The position numbers and the translations under genes were made by a program. Under the pieces are notes generated by a model. That model worked only from the letters and a program-made list of their open reading frames with translations. It did no database searches and was not told the DNA's origin. This document shows, piece after piece, positions 40,639-52,145 of a stretch of DNA of 64,000 bases (positions are counted from its first letter, which is position 1; each line of letters starts with the position of its first letter). The stretch comes from Halarcobacter sp. (GTDB lineage Bacteria > Campylobacterota > Campylobacteria > Campylobacterales > Arcobacteraceae), in assembly GCA_048571215.1 (NCBI GenBank), contig CP182352.1, positions 2,112,001 through 2,176,000 on the forward strand, read 5' to 3'.

Positions 40639-41193
40639 CTAATTATACTTTTTATAGTTTGCTAAAAAATAAAAGATTATAGATATCTCTCTATTTGACC
40701 AAATATACTCTTTAGACAAAAAATCCTTACTTGCATTTATATCAACATTTGTTTTGTATTTTCTAAGTATTCCATTCATCAAACTTTTTATACTATTTTT
40801 ATCTGCTTTTAATAAAAAGTCATGGAATACCTCTTCTTGATTTGGAATAAAAAACTCCTCATCATATTTAAATAACATCAAAACCAAAGAGACTTGCCAA
40901 GTATGCCACTCTTTTTTATCTAAGCTATTTAAACTCATATTTTTGTAATCAAATACAGTATAAGCATCATAAACTTTTTTGACAATTCCTCTTAGATTGT
41001 ATTTTGATATATCTTCAATATTTTTAGGTAACCATAATCCTATGGAGCTAGGCATTGGGATATCTATTGGTGTATTTTTTACTACATAACTTTTTTTATT
41101 TACACTCTTTTTATTTTTTTTTAATAATATAAAAAAAACAATCAAAACTACTACAAATAAAAAAAAAGCAACTAGTACTTCAATCAAATTCAA
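40639..41193 (-). CDS. Hypothetical membrane-anchored protein
   Basis: N-terminal TM helix followed by a Lys-rich stretch; overlaps lpxH. Confidence 0.65.
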   Translation of the reverse strand: MNLIEVLVAFFLFVVVLIVFFILLKKNKKSVNKKSYVVKNTPIDIPMPSSIGLWLPKNIEDISKYNLRGIVKKVYDAYTVFDYKNMSLNSLDKKEWHTWQVSLVLMLFKYDEEFFIPNQEEVFHDFLLKADKNSIKSLMNGILRKYKTNVDINASKDFLSKEYIWSNREISIIFYFLANYKKYN

Positions 41194-41885
41194 AAATCTA
41201 CCACCAAAAACTCATCTTCTAAAATAAAATATTTTTTATTGCAACATAAAGATGGGATATTTACATAGGTTTTATTTTCTGATTTATAGATTTTTCCTTG
41301 ATGAAAATGTCCCTCAATTACTAAATCACTTTTGTAGTTTTTTAATCTTCTTTTTGCAAAAGAGTCAAAGTCATCTATTGTTGAACAAATACTCTTTTTT
41401 TGTAAGGTATAAAAGATTTTTTTAGATATGAAATTATTAAAATCAATCATATTTAAAAAAGTCAATAAAGAATGATTTCTAATAATCTTGCAATATAGAT
41501 TGTAATGCCATGGTGTAAAATTGTCCCCATGGGATAAATTTACACTTCTATCTTCAAAAGTAGCAAATAGAGGTTGATCTTCCCTTTTTATAACAATAAT
41601 ACCTGGAAATAAAACCTCCATATTATAATCATGATTACCCTCTAAATATACTATTTGTATATCTTCAGATAACTCATTTATAATATCAAGTAATTCTTGA
41701 TTTCTTTTTACGAAATATTTACTTTCACCAGAGATAAAATCAAACATATCACCCATCAAAAAAAGTTGAGTTGTTTGTATTGTTTTATCTTGCAACTTTT
41801 TTAAGAAAACTAAAAACTCCTGATTTATCTCATTATAGTGGGAATCGGCTACAAAAATAGCCCCTTTTTGTATATTAAGGTACAT
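41190..41885 (-). CDS. lpxH: UDP-2,3-diacylglucosamine hydrolase (calcineurin-like metallophosphoesterase)
   Basis: ADSH, GDMFD, EGNHD, SHGD, GHFH. Confidence 0.8.
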   Translation of the reverse strand: MYLNIQKGAIFVADSHYNEINQEFLVFLKKLQDKTIQTTQLFLMGDMFDFISGESKYFVKRNQELLDIINELSEDIQIVYLEGNHDYNMEVLFPGIIVIKREDQPLFATFEDRSVNLSHGDNFTPWHYNLYCKIIRNHSLLTFLNMIDFNNFISKKIFYTLQKKSICSTIDDFDSFAKRRLKNYKSDLVIEGHFHQGKIYKSENKTYVNIPSLCCNKKYFILEDEFLVVDF

Positions 41886-42879
41886 AGGCTATTTTTGGTA
41901 TTCCTTCACCCTCTTCAAATCCACACATAAGATTTGCATTTACCACAGCTTGTGATGAAGCCCCTCTTAGAAGATTGTCAATTGAAGAGTTTATAAATAA
42001 TGCTTTTGCATTTTTTGCTACAAAGATATCACAAAAGTTTGTTCCTGCTGTCATTTTTATATCAACTGCACTATTTCTAATTCTTACAAACTCTGAATCT
42101 TTATAAGCATCTTCTAAAACTTTTTCAACATCAATATCCTCTTTTAGTGTTGCATAAACAGACACTAACATCCCTCTTGTAACTGGGATTAGGTGTGGTA
42201 CAAAATTGATTTGGAAATCTTTTTGTTTTAAAAGTTTTATTTTTTCTTCTATCTCTGGCATATGTCTATGTTTAAATGGATTATAGGCATGAATATTTTC
42301 ATTTAGATTTGCAAAATGTGCTGCTTCTGTAAGCTTTTTTCCTGCTCCACTTATACCTGTTTTTGCATCAATAAATATAGGTGTTCCCTCTTGAATATAA
42401 TCAATAAAAGGGAATAATGCCAAAAGTGAGGCTGTTGGATAACACCCTGGGTTTGCTATTAGTTTTGCATTTTTTATTTCATCTTTATAATATTCTGGCA
42501 AACCATATACCGCATCTTTAATATGCTCTTTATCTTCATGTGGACAATAATGTTTTTCATAAGTATCTAATTCTAGTCTATAATCAGCACTAAAATCAAC
42601 TACTTTTATACCCAAGTTTAGAAGCTCTTTTGCAAAAAACATTGAAGTTTTATGAGGAAGTGCTAAAAAAGCAAGTTCGGCATTTTTTGCTACATCTGCA
42701 GCATTTGCACAACTAACGTCTATATTTATAACATCTTTTAAACATGGATGTAAATCTTGAACATTCTCATTACCTGTTGAGTTTGCAATATATGTTATAT
42801 TGAACTTTGGATGGTTTATCAGTATTTTAATTAATTCTAAACCTGTATATCCGCTTGCACCAATAATTGCTACATTCAT
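41875..42879 (-). CDS. argC: N-acetyl-gamma-glutamyl-phosphate reductase
   Basis: GASGYTG, ANPGCYPT, DNLLRGASSQA. Confidence 0.97.
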   Translation of the reverse strand: MNVAIIGASGYTGLELIKILINHPKFNITYIANSTGNENVQDLHPCLKDVINIDVSCANAADVAKNAELAFLALPHKTSMFFAKELLNLGIKVVDFSADYRLELDTYEKHYCPHEDKEHIKDAVYGLPEYYKDEIKNAKLIANPGCYPTASLLALFPFIDYIQEGTPIFIDAKTGISGAGKKLTEAAHFANLNENIHAYNPFKHRHMPEIEEKIKLLKQKDFQINFVPHLIPVTRGMLVSVYATLKEDIDVEKVLEDAYKDSEFVRIRNSAVDIKMTAGTNFCDIFVAKNAKALFINSSIDNLLRGASSQAVVNANLMCGFEEGEGIPKIAYVP

Positions 42880-43364
42880 GATAGTTTCAACTCCTTATAA
42901 CCAACTGATAATATTTCAAATATTTTTTCACCACCTGGAAGTTTTGCGGTAATCTCATCACCCTCTTCTTTTCCAAGTAATTGTTTAGCTAAAGGTGAAT
43001 TAAAAGAGATAAATCCTTTTTCAACATTTGATTCAACTCCCCCAACTATTGCATAAGTAAACTCTTCATCTGTATCAACATCAACTAAATTGATAGTTGA
43101 ACCAAAACTTACTTTATCATGAGGAAGAGTTTCTGGGTCAACAATAACTGCTTTTGAGATAACTGCTCCAAGCTCTGCAATGTGAGAGTCTATCAATGCT
43201 AACTTATCTTTTGCCGCATGGTATTCAGCATTCTCTTTTAAGTCACCTAACTGTCTAGCTTCATCTAAGGCTATTACCGTTTCTGGTCTTTCTGTTCTTT
43301 TTAAAAATTCTAACTCTTTTGTAATCTTTTCATATCCGATTCTGGTCATTGGCTCTTTTTCCAC
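42876..43364 (-). CDS. greA: Transcription elongation factor GreA
   Basis: GDLKENAEYHAAK, ISFNSPLAKQLLGK. Confidence 0.97.
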   Translation of the reverse strand: MEKEPMTRIGYEKITKELEFLKRTERPETVIALDEARQLGDLKENAEYHAAKDKLALIDSHIAELGAVISKAVIVDPETLPHDKVSFGSTINLVDVDTDEEFTYAIVGGVESNVEKGFISFNSPLAKQLLGKEEGDEITAKLPGGEKIFEILSVGYKELKLS

Positions 43365-43444
43365 ATAAGCCTCCTATATATATTATTTTAAAATTTTAAT
43401 ACTTTAATTTGGTATAATACCGAAATTTTAATAAAAGAGTGTAA

Positions 43445-44092
43445 ATGCAACAATATGATAGAACTATAAAACTATTTGGTGAAGAGAATTTTAAAAAGTT
43501 TCAAAAAACAAAATTAATACTCCTAGGGGTAGGTGGTGTAGGAAGTTTCGCTTTGGATTCTTTATACAATACTGGTATTACAGATATAACAATAGTTGAT
43601 TTTGATACTTATGAAGAGTCTAATATGAACAGACAATTAGGAAGCCATGGAAATATTGGTAGAATAAAAGTTGAAAGTTTAAAAGAGAAATACCCAAAAA
43701 TAACTCCAATTCATGCAAAAATAACTCCTGAATGGATAGATGAATTTGATTTTTCTTCTTATGATTATATTTTAGATGCAATTGATGATATAAAACCAAA
43801 GGTTCATTTAATCAATAAATTCTTTACAAAGGTTATTAGTACAAGTGGTAGTGCCAAAAGATTAGATCCTAGTAAAATAGAGTATAAATCTATTTGGGAT
43901 ACATATAATGATCCATTTATAAGAAAAATAAGATATGAATTAAAACAAAAAGGTTTTAAAAAGAAATTTAAAGTTGTTTTTTCAAGTGAAGAGCCAAAAT
44001 CTATTGAAAAGGGCAGTTTTGAGGCGGTTACAGGCTCATTTGGTTTTATGATTACCTCAGTTGTTATAAAAAAGATTCTTGACAAAAAGTGA
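43445..44092 (+). CDS. tcdA: ThiF-family enzyme, tRNA threonylcarbamoyladenosine dehydratase-like
   Basis: GVGGVGS, SNMNRQ, DAID, VVFSSE. Confidence 0.8.
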   Translation: MQQYDRTIKLFGEENFKKFQKTKLILLGVGGVGSFALDSLYNTGITDITIVDFDTYEESNMNRQLGSHGNIGRIKVESLKEKYPKITPIHAKITPEWIDEFDFSSYDYILDAIDDIKPKVHLINKFFTKVISTSGSAKRLDPSKIEYKSIWDTYNDPFIRKIRYELKQKGFKKKFKVVFSSEEPKSIEKGSFEAVTGSFGFMITSVVIKKILDKK

Positions 44093-44166
44093 TAAAATAA
44101 TTTTCTAAAGTTAAGTATAAGAAAAAAAGCAATATAATTTAGCTATATTTGATATAAAGGGACTTC

Positions 44167-45069
44167 ATGAGTGGTATTAATAGTGTTGAACAAATGACCC
44201 AAGGTCATTTAAGAAATGTACAACAGCTAGCAGTTTTCTATACTGGTCACAATAATATTTATGCAATAAATATTGCAAAAGTTAAAGCATTTATAATAAC
44301 TGAAGAAGTAACAATTAACGAAACACCTACTGATTCAAATGTTATAGCAGGTATAGCAACAATTAGAGGGGAACCTATTACACTTATTAATCTTGATGCT
44401 TGGTTAAATATTCCAACACTTGATATAAAAGAGTATAAACTTATTATCTACTGTGAATTTAATCATAAAAAAGTAGGTTTTTTAATAAAAGACATGTTAG
44501 ATATTGTCGAAAAAACTACTGATGAATTAAGACATACAGAAGAAGCTAACTCAAAAATTACATATACTACATATGTAAAGGTTCATAATAAAGATGAGTT
44601 ATGTTCTGTATTCAATGCAGAGCAACTTCTAAAAGATTTAGGATGGGTTGATGATGGAGATGATACAGTAAATAAATATGTAGAATCACCTTTTAACACA
44701 GATAAACTTGTATTAGCAGCTGAAGACTCAGGAGTAGCAAGAGAAGTTTTAAATAAATTTTTCAAAAAAGCAAAAATAAGTTATGAAATCTATAATGATG
44801 GTGCTTTATTACTTGAACGAATCAAAGAGTTAGATCCAAATGATATTGGAATGGTTATTACAGATATAGAGATGCCTGAAACTGATGGTTTTCAAGTTGC
44901 ATCTTTTATAAAAAACAGTAATAAGTATTCACATATTCCTGTAATAGTAAACTCATCTATGACTACAGATGCAGTAAAAAATAAAATGAATAATATTGGG
45001 ATAGAAGGTTTTATTGGTAAAACTGATATCCAATCACTTTATACTACAGTAAAAAAATTCTTGAACTAA
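44167..45069 (+). CDS. cheV: Chemotaxis protein CheV (CheW plus receiver domain)
   Basis: YAINIAKV, IRGEPITLINL, AEDS, ITDIEMP..DG. Confidence 0.93.
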   Translation: MSGINSVEQMTQGHLRNVQQLAVFYTGHNNIYAINIAKVKAFIITEEVTINETPTDSNVIAGIATIRGEPITLINLDAWLNIPTLDIKEYKLIIYCEFNHKKVGFLIKDMLDIVEKTTDELRHTEEANSKITYTTYVKVHNKDELCSVFNAEQLLKDLGWVDDGDDTVNKYVESPFNTDKLVLAAEDSGVAREVLNKFFKKAKISYEIYNDGALLLERIKELDPNDIGMVITDIEMPETDGFQVASFIKNSNKYSHIPVIVNSSMTTDAVKNKMNNIGIEGFIGKTDIQSLYTTVKKFLN

Positions 45070-45074
45070 ATCTT

Positions 45075-45103
45075 AACTAAAGATAGTTTTACTATCTTTA
45101 GTT
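45075..45103. terminator. Bidirectional terminator between cheV and argH
   Basis: AACTAAAGATAGT-TTT-ACTATCTTTAGTT. Confidence 0.7.
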
Positions 45104-45107
45104 TTTA

Positions 45108-46499
45108 TTAGTTATTTTCTAACCACTCTTTAAATTGCCCTATTTGATTCTCAGTTTGAGCAGAAGATGTTCCCCCATATGATTTTCTTGCATTCATAGA
45201 GTTTCTCAAGTCTAAATAAAATAAAATCTCTTCATTTATATCTTTTATCTCTTCATTTGAAGATCTAATCTCTTCAATTGTAAGTTCACTAATATCTTTA
45301 TCTAAAGAGTTTGCACAAGCAACTACATCTTTTGTAATATAGTATGCAGTTCTAAATGGCATATTCTCTTTTTGTACTAAATAATCTGCTAAATCCGTTG
45401 CACATAGATGACCTATTTTACAAGCATTTTGCATTTTATCAACATTTACTATCATAGTTTTAATAACTTCATTTAAGATTTTAATAGAAATTTCAGCAGT
45501 TTTAACAGAATCAAAAACCCCCTCTTTATCCTCTTGTGTATCTTTATTATATGCAAGAGGCAAGCCTTTCATTACTGTTAGAAGTGAAATTAGATTTCCA
45601 TACACTCTCCCTGTTTTACCCCTTAAAAGTTCTGGAACATCTGGATTTTTCTTTTGGGGCATAATTGAAGAAGTTGTTGCGTATTCATCACTCATTCGTA
45701 CAAACTGAAACTCATAAGATGACCATAAGATAAGCTCTTCTGAGATTCTACTTATATGCATCATAAGTGTACTAATATTAAATAAAATCTCTAAAGCAAA
45801 ATCCCTATCACTTACTGTATCCATTGCATGAGGTGTTGGTTCTTTGAAGCCTAATTTTTCACAAGAACTATCTCTATTTATATTGTGTGGAGTTCCAGCT
45901 AATGCTGCACTTCCTAAAGGTGAATAATCATTTCTTTCAATTGAGCTTTCAAATCTTTCAAAATCTCTTTTAAACATATTTGCATAAGCTAATAGATGAT
46001 AACCAAAATTTAAAGGTTGGGCATGTTGTAAGTGGGTCATTCCAGGAATTAGCGTTTCGGTATGTTTAGAAGCAACTTCAACAAATGTCTCTACTAGATC
46101 TTTTAGTAAAGCCTTTATATCAATAGATTTTTCTTTTACATATAGTCTAAAATCTGTTGCCACTTGATCATTTCTACTTCTTGCAGTATGAAGTCTTTTT
46201 CCAGGTTCTCCAATAATTTCAGTAAGTCTATTTTCTACTGCCATATGAATATCTTCAAAAGCTAAAGAAAACTCAAACTCTCCACTTTCAATTTCATCTT
46301 TTACTTGAAGTAAACCTTTTTCAATTGCCTCTTGTTCCTCTTTATTTAAAACCCCTTGTTCACAAAGCATTTGTGAATGGGCAATACTTCCTTTTATATC
46401 CTGAGAATATAACTCTTTATCAAACATGATTGAAGCGTTAAATTCATCTAAAATTTGCGCATTTGTATTTTTTAAGATTTGATTATTTTGATTTGACAT
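45108..46499 (-). CDS. argH: Argininosuccinate lyase
   Basis: [26 protein letters not shown]. Confidence 0.98.
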   Translation of the reverse strand: MSNQNNQILKNTNAQILDEFNASIMFDKELYSQDIKGSIAHSQMLCEQGVLNKEEQEAIEKGLLQVKDEIESGEFEFSLAFEDIHMAVENRLTEIIGEPGKRLHTARSRNDQVATDFRLYVKEKSIDIKALLKDLVETFVEVASKHTETLIPGMTHLQHAQPLNFGYHLLAYANMFKRDFERFESSIERNDYSPLGSAALAGTPHNINRDSSCEKLGFKEPTPHAMDTVSDRDFALEILFNISTLMMHISRISEELILWSSYEFQFVRMSDEYATTSSIMPQKKNPDVPELLRGKTGRVYGNLISLLTVMKGLPLAYNKDTQEDKEGVFDSVKTAEISIKILNEVIKTMIVNVDKMQNACKIGHLCATDLADYLVQKENMPFRTAYYITKDVVACANSLDKDISELTIEEIRSSNEEIKDINEEILFYLDLRNSMNARKSYGGTSSAQTENQIGQFKEWLENN

Positions 46500-46553
46500 C
46501 TGTATCCTTATGTTCTAATAAGCTTTTTAGGGCATATTATAACATAAGTGATA

Positions 46554-47822
46554 TTAGTTAAAAGTGTTTAAATCCATTGGTTTGGTTTTTACTATAGTTT
46601 GATACTTTTTTATTGCAAATAAAATATTAACTAAAAATAAAATATTTGATACTATAAAAATAATTGCTGCAATATACAAAAATATTTCACTTAAAAAGTT
46701 TGCTAAAATAAATACTAATAAAGAGCTTGCATAGATATAAAATTGTACCTTTATCATATCTTCAACAATTAGCTCCCTCATAGTTGGAACAGCAAAATAT
46801 CCCTTTGAAGTTAAATGAAACCAACACAAAAATGGGATAATCTTATATATCATCCCTTGAAGTAGTGAATATAAAAAGCCAAAAGCTATAGTTATAGCAA
46901 GCAGATAATTGTTTTGTGAAAGAAAAAGCCAGACAAACATAGAGATAATAAGACTCCATAAAGATAATTTCCAATAAAGCAAAGTAACATCAAAAATTGG
47001 TCTTTTTCTATTATTTAAACTATCTAAAGCAAAATATGAAAATACAATTACTACTAGGGAAATAAATACCTTAACAAACGAGGTATCAATTTGTGTTATC
47101 TCAAAAATTGAGTATAATAATAAAAAACAAAATAATATATTAACAAGCTTATCTTCTACAAATTTAGGAAACTTCTTAGCCACATAAAACATTGGTATCA
47201 CTTGAAATGAGACACCAACTATTATAATAAGTGCAAAACCAAAGATACCAAATAACATATGGATATTTACTATATTATAATGTAGAGTACCTATATTTAA
47301 GAAAATATGAGATGAAGCTAAATAGATACCTAATAAAATTGTAATAAAACCAGCTATAGTAAAAACACGCATAGCTTTAACTGTTGGTGTTAAAAACTCA
47401 ACTTTAAATAGCAATCTCATTGAATATGCAAAAAAGGTAAAAAAAGAGATTGCTAAAAAGATTGTTGCAAATATTAGTAAATTTTTATTTCCCATTAAAA
47501 AATATAAAACGAAAACTATTGTACCTAATGTTAAAAATAGGTGAATAACAGTTGCAAATATTTTTGGCTTTTTTATAACTGCTCCTGCTAGAACTGGCAT
47601 CATTTGTTGCATAGCACCCATTATAATCATAGATAATATCCCAAGGGTAAACAAATGAACCATTGCAATAGCAAGATTTGAGTATCTATTAGTAATCATA
47701 CTTGCATCATTGCTTAATATCAAAATACCAAGAACAATAGCAAATATTGGTGCAGTTATAAAAAACCGAAAGGGTACTGATATAGGAGGTGCTTGTTCTA
47801 AAGATAAGCCTTGGTTAAACAT
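46554..47822 (-). CDS. Polytopic membrane protein with His residues in TM helices, co-transcribed with hemerythrin
   Basis: About 12 hydrophobic segments; HLFTLG, GAMQQMMPV, QVIPMF, YKIIPFLCW. Confidence 0.7.
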   Translation of the reverse strand: MFNQGLSLEQAPPISVPFRFFITAPIFAIVLGILILSNDASMITNRYSNLAIAMVHLFTLGILSMIIMGAMQQMMPVLAGAVIKKPKIFATVIHLFLTLGTIVFVLYFLMGNKNLLIFATIFLAISFFTFFAYSMRLLFKVEFLTPTVKAMRVFTIAGFITILLGIYLASSHIFLNIGTLHYNIVNIHMLFGIFGFALIIIVGVSFQVIPMFYVAKKFPKFVEDKLVNILFCFLLLYSIFEITQIDTSFVKVFISLVVIVFSYFALDSLNNRKRPIFDVTLLYWKLSLWSLIISMFVWLFLSQNNYLLAITIAFGFLYSLLQGMIYKIIPFLCWFHLTSKGYFAVPTMRELIVEDMIKVQFYIYASSLLVFILANFLSEIFLYIAAIIFIVSNILFLVNILFAIKKYQTIVKTKPMDLNTFN

Positions 47823-48260
47823 CTATAAACTTTTCATCTCTTGAATAATATTTGTAGAATCTTGTGCCAAATGCATATCTGCCATTTTATAAAGCATCTG
47901 TTCCTCTTTCATATTGTGTTGTTGCATCAACATCATTAAAGTTTCACTAAGACCAAAAAAATGGTTTTTATCTTTTTTTTCAATATCATTTTGCATTTGC
48001 TCTAATACTTGTAACATTTGAGAATGTTCCATTCTCATAACTTGTGTTGGTCCACCACGCATACCAGTTTTATCTTCAAACGCTTTAAACATAACCTTTT
48101 CTTCCATATCAAAGTGGTGTTTTAAATCCAAATTAAACTCATTAAATAGTTTTTTTACTTCACTCCAATTTTCACTTGCAACACTATTTTCTAGTTTTGC
48201 AAACTCTTCATCACAGTTTCTATGATCTTGTGTTAAAAATGTTGAAATTGTCTCACTCAT
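47823..48260 (-). CDS. Hemerythrin-like (HHE) di-iron protein
   Basis: DHRNCD, HFDMEE, MRMEH, HNMKEEQMLY. Confidence 0.9.
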   Translation of the reverse strand: MSETISTFLTQDHRNCDEEFAKLENSVASENWSEVKKLFNEFNLDLKHHFDMEEKVMFKAFEDKTGMRGGPTQVMRMEHSQMLQVLEQMQNDIEKKDKNHFFGLSETLMMLMQQHNMKEEQMLYKMADMHLAQDSTNIIQEMKSL

Positions 48261-48312
48261 AATCTAACCTTTATTTTTATGGAAAGTATATAAAAAAATA
48301 CTCTTTTTTTAA

Positions 48313-48326
48313 TTGATTATAATCAA
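48313..48326. promoter_or_regulatory. Crp/Fnr-family (NssR/Dnr-type) binding box
   Basis: Perfect TTGAT-TATA-ATCAA; minus-strand -10 TATACT at 48285-48290 places the box centre near -41.5. Confidence 0.8.
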
Positions 48327-48356
48327 GTTTTAGATTAAATTTGCTATTCTTAAAGG

Positions 48357-48644
48357 ATGAATACTTTAGAACTAATAAAAAAATTATCCCTATGGGAAGA
48401 TAGATTAAATCGATATAAAAGAGCCTTTAAAGATAATCAAGATATTGAGAACTATGAAGAGGTCAAAAGATTTTTAGATACCATAGATGAATTTATTGAT
48501 ATGTATAACACTACAGAAACAAAAAAAGATGAAAAGAGATATTATAATTCAATTAAATATTGGATAAAGATGAATGAAAACTATATGCAACTTTTAGAAA
48601 ATCTATATAAGGCATATGAAGAAGAGTATTTAAAAAATAAATAG
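48357..48644 (+). CDS. Hypothetical protein
   Basis: 95-aa helical ORF followed by a terminator hairpin. Confidence 0.6.
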   Translation: MNTLELIKKLSLWEDRLNRYKRAFKDNQDIENYEEVKRFLDTIDEFIDMYNTTETKKDEKRYYNSIKYWIKMNENYMQLLENLYKAYEEEYLKNK

Positions 48645-48664
48645 AAGCCTTAGCTTCTATTTAT
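48637..48664. terminator. Bidirectional terminator
   Basis: ATAAATAGAAGC-CTTA-GCTTCTATTTAT between convergent genes. Confidence 0.7.
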
Positions 48665-48669
48665 ATAAA

Positions 48670-49650
48670 TTAGATAGGTAAAACTCTGATGTTTTCATCA
48701 ACTTTTTGTTTTAAAACTGATTCAATAGCATAAAGTGTACCAGTATCACCCGAAGCACAACCATTACATGCTCCAAGATATCTAATATAAATATCATAAT
48801 GAGGAATATTTTCTTTAATATCAATAATCTCCATATTACCACCGTCCATCATTAACATTGGTCTGATATCACTATCTAAAATCTCATCAATCATTTTAAT
48901 TCTTTGAACAATAGTCATTTTATCAAATGAAGATTCCCCTGCAGCACTTGCATCAGCAGCTTGTTTTAATTTATCATGCTCTAACTCATTTCTAGTATCA
49001 GCTAAAATATCTACAAGATACATCTCTTTTTCTTCATGTCCACCTGGTTTAATACATGATTTACAAAATGCACCTGCTTTTGTATAATCTGTAATCTCTT
49101 CAACAGTTTTTAAATCATTTAATTTAATAACTTCTTGTAGAGTTGCTAATGAAACCCTTGCACACTCACAAACAATAAACTCTTCTTCTAAAGAGTCCAT
49201 ATCTACACCTTTGTATTGTGAAGCTGCTTTTTTGATAACATCATATGCCATAACTGAACAGTGCATTTTTTGTGGTGGTACTGCTGGAACATCTGGATGA
49301 TCTCTTAATGCTTTTTCAACATCAATATTAGTTATCTTAATAGCTTCATCAACTGTTTTACCAATACAAAGTTCTGCCATAGCATCAGATGAAGCGATAG
49401 CTGTACCACATCCAAAAGATTTAAATTTTGAATCTAAAATTTTATCTGTTCCCTCTTCAACACACCAGTAAAGTCTAACTGCATCCCCACATGATTCAGC
49501 TCCAAAGTCTGCAACAATTAGTTTTCCACCTAACTCTTTTGCTTTTTCTTCTGTAATCTCACCTTGATGAGTTGGTTCGTCCATTCTTCTAATAACTTGA
49601 TTTGAGTACTCGTCCCAAATTGAACCACTAATTAAATCATTCTTAGCCAT
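48670..49650 (-). CDS. nifU: Fe-S cluster scaffold NifU (IscU + BFD + Nfu domains)
   Basis: ESCGD, FGCGTAIASS, KMHCS, VCEC, CKSC, GACNGC. Confidence 0.96.
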   Translation of the reverse strand: MAKNDLISGSIWDEYSNQVIRRMDEPTHQGEITEEKAKELGGKLIVADFGAESCGDAVRLYWCVEEGTDKILDSKFKSFGCGTAIASSDAMAELCIGKTVDEAIKITNIDVEKALRDHPDVPAVPPQKMHCSVMAYDVIKKAASQYKGVDMDSLEEEFIVCECARVSLATLQEVIKLNDLKTVEEITDYTKAGAFCKSCIKPGGHEEKEMYLVDILADTRNELEHDKLKQAADASAAGESSFDKMTIVQRIKMIDEILDSDIRPMLMMDGGNMEIIDIKENIPHYDIYIRYLGACNGCASGDTGTLYAIESVLKQKVDENIRVLPI

Positions 49651-49676
49651 TTTTTTTCCTTATCTTATTTTTATTT

Positions 49677-50894
<1,218 letters not shown>

Positions 50895-50957
50895 TCATGC
50901 AATAATCATTCCATGAAAAATACCAATTTTTGATTAATTTGTGAAATTATATTTTAA

Positions 50958-50978
50958 ATAGGATAAAAATTGTCTTAA
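50958..50978. promoter_or_regulatory. Candidate operator upstream of nifS
   Basis: ATAGGATA-AAAAT-TGTCTTAA, an imperfect copy of the palindrome upstream of sufB. Confidence 0.55.
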
Positions 50979-51246
50979 TTAAAAAAGTTACTCTTCAATT
51001 TTGTAAAAAATGTTATTTATAGAAAAAACAGATTTTGTCTAAAGTAGTTACTTTATAATTAGAAGCTTAAAATATAGTTTCATTTTTATTATTGTAACTG
51101 CTTAATATACATCAATCAAGATTAAAATTGTATAAGATATATACACTTATTATTAATTTAACCATATGCTTCTAAGAATTTTAAAAAAAGTATACAAAAT
51201 ATAAAAACCCCACTTTTTCTACACTTTAATCTACTATAATTACAAC

Positions 51247-51333
51247 AAGTAAACATAAATAACAACTTTTCCCAATATTTGTGTTTATATTCCTCCAAGT
51301 TAAAGGAAAGATTTACTCCTTTTCTTTCCTTTT
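51247..51333 (+). ncRNA. Candidate small regulatory RNA with C/U-rich (anti-SD) loops
   Basis: TATAAT at 51235-51240; stem 51250-51261/51276-51287; linker TTCCTCC; stem AAAGGAAAGA/TCTTTCCTTT with loop TTTACTCCTTT; no ORF. Confidence 0.5.
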
Positions 51334-51578
51334 CATATTCCTAAAGTGTAAAAGCTTTCAAAAACTTGATTATTTTTAAAAATATTTATACTTTTTTTCC
51401 AAGTTTTTGATTAAGCTTTCTAATTTTCATATAAATATCGTATTTTGGTATATATCATATCTTTTTTCATATATATAACTACTACTTATAATTAATATAT
51501 ATATTTTATATATTATTTTTATCTTAATATTATTTTTTATTTGATATAGTTAATTTATACCGAAAATAAGGAGAAAAT

Positions 51579-52037
51579 ATGAAAAAGATTTTATTATCTT
51601 TATGTGTGATTTTTATAGGATTTGCATTTGCTGCAAAACCTACTACCCCAGAACCTTTAGAAGCTGCAAATTATGGCGCTAAATATATTGCTATTGCTGA
51701 TGCAAAAAAACTTTTTGATAATGGTGCAACTTTTTTAGATACAAGAAAACCAGTAGATGTATCTAAAAGTAAAATCAAAGGTGCAAAAAGAGCTTTTTAT
51801 AATGAAAAGGGTGGAAACAAAAATAGAATTGCCCAATGGGATACTTCAAAAGATAAATTTCAAACAGAAAATGTTCCAACAGATAAAAATGCAGTAATTG
51901 TAACTTATTGTAATGGAGCACAATGTTGGAAATCTTATAAAGGTGCTGTAACACTTACAAAAATGGGTTATACAAATGTACATTGGATGAGAGATGGAAT
52001 TCCAGCATGGCAAAAAGCTGGTTATCCTGTAGAATAA
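51579..52037 (+). CDS. Exported rhodanese-domain protein
   Basis: Signal peptide, FLDTR, active-site loop YCNGAQCWKS, RDGIPAWQKAGYP. Confidence 0.88.
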   Translation: MKKILLSLCVIFIGFAFAAKPTTPEPLEAANYGAKYIAIADAKKLFDNGATFLDTRKPVDVSKSKIKGAKRAFYNEKGGNKNRIAQWDTSKDKFQTENVPTDKNAVIVTYCNGAQCWKSYKGAVTLTKMGYTNVHWMRDGIPAWQKAGYPVE

Positions 52038-52054
52038 ATTTTATTTTCAAAAAC

Positions 52055-52140
52055 TATAAAAAAGTGGGGGGGGGAAGATAATTTCCCCCTTTTTATATTT
52101 ATGTCAAAATTTACTTATAAGTTTTGACATAAATATAAAA
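52055..52140 (+). promoter_or_regulatory. G9 tract and terminator-like hairpin, followed by a 19-bp perfect inverted repeat abutting the MCP RBS
   Basis: G9 at 52066-52074; GGGGGAA/TTCCCCC stem plus T5; arms 52091-52109 and 52122-52140. Confidence 0.6.
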
Positions 52141-52145
52141 GGATT

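Noticed and set aside
51208..52069. 11-bp complementarity CCCCACTTTTT (51208-51218) with AAAAAGTGGGG (52059-52069)
   Set aside because: Short, low complexity, and upstream of the predicted sRNA start; no recombinase nearby to support an invertible segment.
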